From Legionellales bacterium (GTDB lineage: Bacteria; Pseudomonadota; Gammaproteobacteria; Legionellales; Legionellaceae): 64,000 nucleotides of DNA. Positions within the stretch are counted from its first letter, which is position 1. Every line of letters starts with the position of its first letter. Positions 58,665 through 64,000 of this stretch are shown here, one piece after another. Below the pieces are notes generated by a model. It worked only from the letters and a program-made list of their open reading frames with translations, searched no databases and was not told where the DNA came from. Both the position numbers and the translations under genes were made by a program. The DNA lies in assembly GCA_026399195.1 (NCBI GenBank), contig JAPLRK010000084.1, positions 2,116 to 66,115 of the forward strand, in the 5' to 3' direction.

Positions 58665-59249
58665 ATGATTGTTTTTGCCAATATTGAGTTTATGAAACAT
58701 CAAAGGTATACTAAAATTAACAAAATATTGGAGACTACGTTGGAAAGAGATCATTTCGTTCATGGTTTTGCTCGAAGAATTACTTTTTTGATGCAACAAC
58801 AAAACCTAGGGTCGACCAAATCTAAAGCCGGCGTGAAGGTCAGTATGCTTGCGGAAATTGCGGGGTGCTCCCATCAAATGGCTCGACGATATGTTTTGGG
58901 TCAAGCCCTTCCTGATATTGATATCACCTACAAAATCGCAAAATGGCTAAAGGTATCACCTGGGTGGCTATTATTTGGGGAAGAAACTGAAATACCAAAC
59001 AACATCGATCAAAAAAACTTAATTCAAATAGAACCGGATTTGCTGAACTATATTTTAACAAAGAGCGCGTTTCTTTTTAATGTGACCAGTGACATCAAAG
59101 AATTAATTCATTTTATTATGGATATTATTAATGATGCCACTCATATAGAAGCAGAGAAGAAGGAAATTATTAAGGTGATAGATATCTCTATCAATTCTGC
59201 CGTGCGTTTTAATGGAATAAAAAATGACAAACAGGTTAGAGCTCGTTAA
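58665..59249 (+). CDS. XRE/cI-type HTH transcriptional regulator with uncharacterised C-terminal domain
   Basis: ..VSMLAEIAGCSHQMARRYVLGQALPDIDITYKIAKWLKVSPGWLLFGEE. It is divergent from the xis-int operon. The exact start is uncertain. Confidence 0.6.
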   Translation: MIVFANIEFMKHQRYTKINKILETTLERDHFVHGFARRITFLMQQQNLGSTKSKAGVKVSMLAEIAGCSHQMARRYVLGQALPDIDITYKIAKWLKVSPGWLLFGEETEIPNNIDQKNLIQIEPDLLNYILTKSAFLFNVTSDIKELIHFIMDIINDATHIEAEKKEIIKVIDISINSAVRFNGIKNDKQVRAR

Positions 59250-59853
59250 TCATCTGTCCTCTGAAAAACAACACATCAAACTTCATCCAGATGTACTGAC
59301 GATATTATTTGAACATCGTCGCTATATTAAAAGTGTGTTCTTAGATCTTGCGGGGTTGCATGAAATTGCTCACTTAGGAATAACAATCGTTGATCCAGCC
59401 AAAGAAATTTTGGTTTTTTCATCTACCCCAAATATTGAATATAATCTCATACAGCAGCATCTATGGAGGGCGGATCCATGCTTCTCACCTCGCCTACATA
59501 CCAATAATAACTTTTGTTGGTGGAACTCCTGCCATGCAGATGAGATTGAAAAAATAAAATTCAAGAACAATCAATTTAATTTTGGGATGACGCTTGCTAG
59601 AAAAATAAACAATTTTCATCTATTGTACTCCTATGCGACACGCTCAAGGAGGGAAGATTTACCAGAGTATTATGAGTCCAATTTACATGAACTGATTGTT
59701 ATTGGGGATTATTTTTATAAATCGATCCGAGACATTTATTCTTCATATGGTATAAAATATCCACCTCCTGAATTGGACCACTTGAGAACAAAGGCATCAC
59801 AAACAAATATCCGACCTTACCTAAGATTGGTTGTGGCAACAAACAGAGGATAG
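59224..59853 (+). CDS. hypothetical protein (209 aa)
   Basis: Long ORF overlapping the XRE gene by 26 nt. I recognise no motif. Confidence 0.45.
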   Translation: MTNRLELVNHLSSEKQHIKLHPDVLTILFEHRRYIKSVFLDLAGLHEIAHLGITIVDPAKEILVFSSTPNIEYNLIQQHLWRADPCFSPRLHTNNNFCWWNSCHADEIEKIKFKNNQFNFGMTLARKINNFHLLYSYATRSRREDLPEYYESNLHELIVIGDYFYKSIRDIYSSYGIKYPPPELDHLRTKASQTNIRPYLRLVVATNRG

Positions 59854-59857
59854 TTCC

Positions 59858-60406
59858 ATGGACACACATCAAGTCATACAATTGGGTAATCCACTATTAA
59901 GACTGGTTTCGGAGCCTATCGCGGATGAAGAGTTTGGATCAGCTTTTCTAAAATCATTAGAAAAAACTCTTTTTGAGGTGCTTGAACTGGAGAGTGGCCT
60001 TGGGTTAGCAGCCCCACAAATTGGGCTCAATAAGAGGGCGCTTGTGTTTGGTATGACAGATCACCCCATTCACACACATCTTCCATCCATCCCCTTTACG
60101 GTTTTATTTAATCCATCTTTTGTTCCAACCTCCGACACGATGATTGAGGATTACGAAGGCTGTTTAAGTGTGGGTAGACTAAGGGGTAAAGTTCCTCGCT
60201 ACCAATCTATCCACTACCGTGGTTTTGATGCTGAGGGTCATTTGATAGAAAGAGAGGCATCTGATTTACATGCCCGTGTGTTGCAGCATGAACTTGATCA
60301 TTTAAATGGCATCATTTTTTTGGATAAAATTACCAATCATGGATCATTAGGGTTTCATGACGAATTGGTTCGGTCTGGCATTCTACCCTCGAGGAAGACT
60401 GATTAA
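59858..60406 (+). CDS. def: peptide deformylase (island-borne copy)
   Basis: GLAAPQIG, EGCLS and HELDH metal-binding motifs. AGAGGA lies 7 nt before ATG 59858. Confidence 0.85.
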   Translation: MDTHQVIQLGNPLLRLVSEPIADEEFGSAFLKSLEKTLFEVLELESGLGLAAPQIGLNKRALVFGMTDHPIHTHLPSIPFTVLFNPSFVPTSDTMIEDYEGCLSVGRLRGKVPRYQSIHYRGFDAEGHLIEREASDLHARVLQHELDHLNGIIFLDKITNHGSLGFHDELVRSGILPSRKTD

Positions 60407-60409
60407 AAA

Positions 60410-61726
60410 ATGTTTAATGTTTCGAAGAAAACAATCATCAGTGGGGCTATCGGAAACGCACTCGAGATGTATGATTATGTGATTTGGGGGCTTTTTTCGG
60501 TATATCTTGCAAAAGAATTTCTTCCTCCCCAGTCGAAACTGTCTGATATCTTCTTTTTGTTTTTAATAACCTATATTTTGAGACCAATCGGCAGTGTTAT
60601 AGGTGGGATTCTTTCAGATCAAATCGGTCGAAAAAAAGTGCTCACATTAAGCATCTTTGTGATGGGTGTTTGCACTACTGTTGTGGGTATTTTGCCCTCT
60701 TATGAGCAGATCGGCGTGGTTTCAGTTTTGCTTTTATTGTTTATTCGATTGATACAAGTATGCTCTGTGGGTAGTGAATATATCAGCTCTATTTCTTTGC
60801 TCATAGAAAGCTGCGACAAAGATAAAAGAGGCTATTTTGGCTCGTGGGCCGCCTTTGGTGTGAATGCCGGGGTGCTCATTTCCTCGTTGGTCGGTGCGTT
60901 AGTCCTGTATTTGATAGACATCCATTGCTTGCCGTCATGGGGATGGCGCTTAGCCTTTATTCTTTCCTCGATAACGATGTTGGTTGGTTTTTGGATCAGA
61001 AGCTCCATTCCTGAAAGTTTTGAATTCATTACTGAAAATGCAAGGAAAGAGAGAAGAACGTTTAAGGACATTTTGAATGAGACGCTTAGTGTCATTAAGA
61101 TTCAACTTTTTGAATCCCTACTGGTGTTTTTCTTGGTGTTGTTCGGAGTGTCTACAACCATACTGCTGTTTATCTACGCACCGATCCATATGATCACCAT
61201 CAACACCATTCACAACACCCAATCCTTTATCATTAACTCATGTAGTTTGGCGCTGTTGGTGATTTTGGTGCCTTTTTTTGGGCATATTTCAGATGTGAAT
61301 GGTCGTGCAAAAACCCTTGGAACTGGTATTATTTCACTTCTGATGTTAGTTGTTCCTTACTTCAGTATTTTATCGTCAGGCACTTTTCTTCAAGTCATAT
61401 TATTTCATACCCTGATTGCGATCCCTTGTGCATGTATTTTCGCAGTGACGCCTGTTTTTATCACCGAGATATTTCCGCTGTCTATAAGATGTTCCATCAC
61501 AAACTTAATATATTCATTAGCCGCATGTTTGGGTGGTGGTGTTACGCCGCTGATTGCATTAACGTTGGGACACAATTCACAAACTGGGTACGGGCCGAGC
61601 TTTATATTGGTTATTTTAGGGGTTATTAGCCTTGGTTTGTTGGGGATGATGATGAGAAGATGCAGATCTGGGATCACCCAACCGATGCTTGTTAGTGAGT
61701 CAGCCTCAAATTTGTGCCAAAAATAA
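60410..61726 (+). CDS. MFS transporter (metabolite:H+ symporter-like)
   Basis: 438 aa with about 12 TM helices and the loop motif GGILSDQIGRKKVL between TM2 and TM3. Confidence 0.8.
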   Translation: MFNVSKKTIISGAIGNALEMYDYVIWGLFSVYLAKEFLPPQSKLSDIFFLFLITYILRPIGSVIGGILSDQIGRKKVLTLSIFVMGVCTTVVGILPSYEQIGVVSVLLLLFIRLIQVCSVGSEYISSISLLIESCDKDKRGYFGSWAAFGVNAGVLISSLVGALVLYLIDIHCLPSWGWRLAFILSSITMLVGFWIRSSIPESFEFITENARKERRTFKDILNETLSVIKIQLFESLLVFFLVLFGVSTTILLFIYAPIHMITINTIHNTQSFIINSCSLALLVILVPFFGHISDVNGRAKTLGTGIISLLMLVVPYFSILSSGTFLQVILFHTLIAIPCACIFAVTPVFITEIFPLSIRCSITNLIYSLAACLGGGVTPLIALTLGHNSQTGYGPSFILVILGVISLGLLGMMMRRCRSGITQPMLVSESASNLCQK

Positions 61727-61827
61727 TGAATATAATTTTGAACAAGTAGTACGAACTAATACTCTTAAAGTAACAATTACCATAAAATTATAACATTGAC
61801 CAAAACAGCCGTTATGGAGGCCAGCTC

Positions 61828-62676
61828 GTGGATACACAGGTAATACAAGAATTACAAAATCAATTTGATGCATTAAGTCATAAAATACCTGATGAGGATG
61901 TTGAATTTTGGTTTGCCAGAGAGCTTCAAGAACCATTGGGATACAGTCGATGGGAAAATTTCATGACGGCTATTAGTAAAGCCATTGAGTCTTGCAAAAC
62001 AACTGGCTATGACGAGAACAACCATTTTCGTGGCGTCACGAAAATGGTCAAGATCGGTAGTGGATCAGAACGTCCCATTCAAGACATTATGCTCACACGC
62101 TATGCCTGTTACCTAATTGCCCAAAACGGTGATCCACGTAAACCACCCATAGCCTTTGCTCAAAGCTACTTCGCAGTCCAGACTCGCAAACAAGAATTAA
62201 TTGAAGACCGATTAAGATTGCAGGCGAGATTAGATGCACGTGAAAAACTTCGTGAATCTGAAAAAACACTTTCACAAAACATCTATGAGCGAGGTGTAGA
62301 TGATTCAGGGTTTGGGCGAATTCGATCTAAAGGTGATGCTGCTTTGTTTGGTGGACATAGCACTCAAGAAATGAAAAATAAATATGGCATTACACAAGTT
62401 CGCCCTTTAGCTGATTTTTTACCAACATTGACTATTGCCGCGAAAAATCTTGCTACCGAGATGACTAATCATAATGTACTCCAGGACAATCTACAGGGAG
62501 AAACCGAAATTACAAGAGAACATATTCAGAACAATCAGAGTGTTAGAGGGATGCTTAGTCAGCGTAATATTCAGCCAGAAAATTTACTTCCTGAAGAAGA
62601 TATCAAGAAACTTGAACGCAGAGTGAAATCCGATGAAAAAAAACTAGAAAAAACATCTGGCAAGTTACCTCAATGA
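61828..62676 (+). CDS. dinD: DNA damage-inducible protein D (DinD-like)
   Basis: ..WFARELQEPLGYSRWENF.., LTRYACYLIAQNGDPRKPPIAFAQSYFAVQTR. The start is GTG, preceded by GGAGG. Confidence 0.7.
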   Translation: MDTQVIQELQNQFDALSHKIPDEDVEFWFARELQEPLGYSRWENFMTAISKAIESCKTTGYDENNHFRGVTKMVKIGSGSERPIQDIMLTRYACYLIAQNGDPRKPPIAFAQSYFAVQTRKQELIEDRLRLQARLDAREKLRESEKTLSQNIYERGVDDSGFGRIRSKGDAALFGGHSTQEMKNKYGITQVRPLADFLPTLTIAAKNLATEMTNHNVLQDNLQGETEITREHIQNNQSVRGMLSQRNIQPENLLPEEDIKKLERRVKSDEKKLEKTSGKLPQ

Positions 62677-62712
62677 AATGACCATGACATCAGTGTCAGT
62701 GCTTTTGGTTGT

Positions 62713-63381
62713 TTATAAAAAATGTCTAATCATACTTACAACCACCCCAACAATAGGGTTTATTGTATCGATCCGCAGGTTTGCCCAATCATTATTTAAT
62801 GCGATCAATTCATACTCATGATGACTTTTAGACACCGACAACTCCCTATATCGACGAATAATGATTTGATCTCCATCTCCCATGGCAACCGCTATTATGC
62901 CACCAGGAATTGGCTTTCTACTCGGATCAATGATTAAGAGATCGTTTACCCTTAACTCCGGGAGCATACTTTCATCTTCCATTTTTAGTGCAAAGGCATT
63001 TTCACCAAGCATTTTTGCAGATTCTAAATCAACAGGGATGAAAGGCATGTTTTCCAAATTGTCGTCGCGTTTCATGGCTTGAATATGGGGTATTGGATCA
63101 CAAGCTTGTGTATGGTTCAAAAGTGGCAGAACCCCTCCTAAGCCAGGTATTTTTTTGGGTTGCTTCTCATCGGTCAGGCACATCAAATAAGCTGGAGATA
63201 CTGCCAGAGCCTTGGCTAATTGTTTTATTTCCTCAGGCCCAGGCGTTCTTACACCCCGTTCATAGTTATTGATCCGCGAGATATTAAGATCATCGGTTAA
63301 TTCAGCCAACACTTTTCTCGTAATGCCTTTGGATTTTCTTTCATTTCTGATTCGATTTCCAATCTCTTCTTTTATATTCAT
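62713..63381 (-). CDS. cI/LexA-like repressor (XRE HTH plus S24 peptidase domain)
   Basis: N-terminus ..GNRIRNERKSKGITRKVLAELTDDLNISRINNYERG. The C-terminal S24-like part has the Ser motif EDESM. The expected Lys position looks like Arg (IIIRRY). Confidence 0.75.
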   Translation of the reverse strand: MNIKEEIGNRIRNERKSKGITRKVLAELTDDLNISRINNYERGVRTPGPEEIKQLAKALAVSPAYLMCLTDEKQPKKIPGLGGVLPLLNHTQACDPIPHIQAMKRDDNLENMPFIPVDLESAKMLGENAFALKMEDESMLPELRVNDLLIIDPSRKPIPGGIIAVAMGDGDQIIIRRYRELSVSKSHHEYELIALNNDWANLRIDTINPIVGVVVSMIRHFL

Positions 63382-63429
63382 TTTGTTCCAGAGCCTACAA
63401 AAATAATCAAATAAATGAGTTTAAATCTG

Positions 63430-63457
63430 TTGACAAAAACTCGTTTCGTGCTAAATT
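63430..63457 (+). promoter_or_regulatory. candidate rightward promoter of the immunity-like region
   Basis: TTGACA, 16 nt, TAAATT with a TGc extended -10, in the 169-bp divergent gap between the repressor and the ORF at 63551. Confidence 0.4.
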
Positions 63458-63550
63458 GGTTGGATTAAAAACTCAATAACAAGTTATTTTATAAAAACGA
63501 TAGCACAGAAAATATGTAATGGCTAATGAAATAAAGGACTCTGGTAGAAG

Positions 63551-64000
63551 ATGGATTACTCAATCAACAGCGAAGAGCTAGCAGCTCTATGTGGTCTTTC
63601 CCACCTTCAGCAGCTGGCATATTTTAGAGGAATACGACCCTATATGGACGTAAAAACAGGGCTAGTTGGCGTGAAACGCGGGATCAGCTTTCAATCCATA
63701 GCTGAGCAGTTGTACGTTGAGCCGCATCAAGGGATTAAATCCGAAAGCTATTCACGCGCTCAGGTTCGTCGAGCAATATTAGCTTTAGCGCGCGTGGGGG
63801 TTATCACACCGCAATCTCAAGGATTAACGCTTATTTTAAAGTGCAGTTTGGCCACAAGGGGTTATTCCGTCCAAAATAAAGTAGTCACAAAGCAGTTACA
63901 GCAAGCCGGCACATCAGATGGTTTTCAATCCATTGAAAATATAGATCTTTTTGGTAACCAAATACAAAAACCCGACATAGCAAGCACACCAAAAGCCGAC
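63551..64000 (+). CDS. hypothetical phage-like protein, 5' partial (runs off the window)
   Basis: ATG 63551 opens a frame that stays open for 150 codons to the window end (MDYSINSEELAALCGLSHLQQLAYFRG..). It is absent from the ORF track only because no stop codon is reached. Confidence 0.5.
   Translation, partial: MDYSINSEELAALCGLSHLQQLAYFRGIRPYMDVKTGLVGVKRGISFQSIAEQLYVEPHQGIKSESYSRAQVRRAILALARVGVITPQSQGLTLILKCSLATRGYSVQNKVVTKQLQQAGTSDGFQSIENIDLFGNQIQKPDIASTPKAD

Larger units (their letters stand above)
56975..64000. mobile_element. integrative genomic island / prophage remnant inserted next to tRNA-Arg (right boundary outside the window)
   Basis: A tyrosine integrase gene points toward the tRNA 3' end 80 bp away, with xis next to it. 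Cargo and phage-like regulatory genes follow. The region is visibly more AT-rich than the backbone. Confidence 0.7.

Noticed and set aside
56975-64000. Search for the second att site (a direct repeat of the tRNA-Arg 3' end) inside the window.
   Set aside because: No copy of the ..ggttcgagtccctccgagcgcacca segment was seen after 56974, so the island boundary cannot be placed here.
1-64000. CRISPR arrays, rRNA genes, IS transposases and group II introns.
   Set aside because: No regularly spaced direct repeats, no rRNA-like conserved blocks, and no transposase or reverse-transcriptase ORFs were seen on either strand.

Overview
This is a chromosomal segment from a Dot/Icm-bearing intracellular gammaproteobacterium, Legionellales-like (Coxiella/Legionella relatives). 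The exact taxon cannot be assigned from sequence alone.

Backbone genes are housekeeping: rimK, a broken hemH, cspD, an MscK-like channel, yqgE-ruvX-pyrB, comM, ubiK, 5-formyl-THF cyclo-ligase, an EVE-domain gene, rsmD, two M16 peptidases, ftsYEX, rpoH, add, a PiT transporter with its DUF47 partner, eno, ftsB, queE, cpoB-pal, an Mla/MCE-type ABC system, and five mevalonate-pathway genes in two clusters.

Set into this backbone are the type IVB secretion genes dotD-dotC-dotB and four eukaryotic-like candidate effector loci:
- A 2060-aa protein combining RNI-type LRRs, a YopT/AvrPphB-like Cys-His-Asp module and tandem midasin/dynein-type AAA units.
- An adjacent 975-aa fusion of a YopJ/CE-clan catalytic domain with ankyrin repeats.
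- An 855-aa SidF/SidP-like CX5R protein with a C-terminal bilobed hydrophobic domain, wedged between ftsX and rpoH.
- A giant ankyrin gene of about 2600 codons, built from about 11 higher-order modules and split by one frameshift.

Other structure: an inverted-repeat-bounded element resembling an rRNA intervening sequence between pyrB and comM, and a 67-bp palindromic repeat present twice.

The window ends with tRNA-Lys and tRNA-Arg followed by a visibly AT-richer integrase-bounded island that runs off the window. It carries xis/int, XRE-type regulators, an extra def, an MFS transporter, dinD and a cI/LexA-like switch. No rRNA, CRISPR array or IS transposase was seen.
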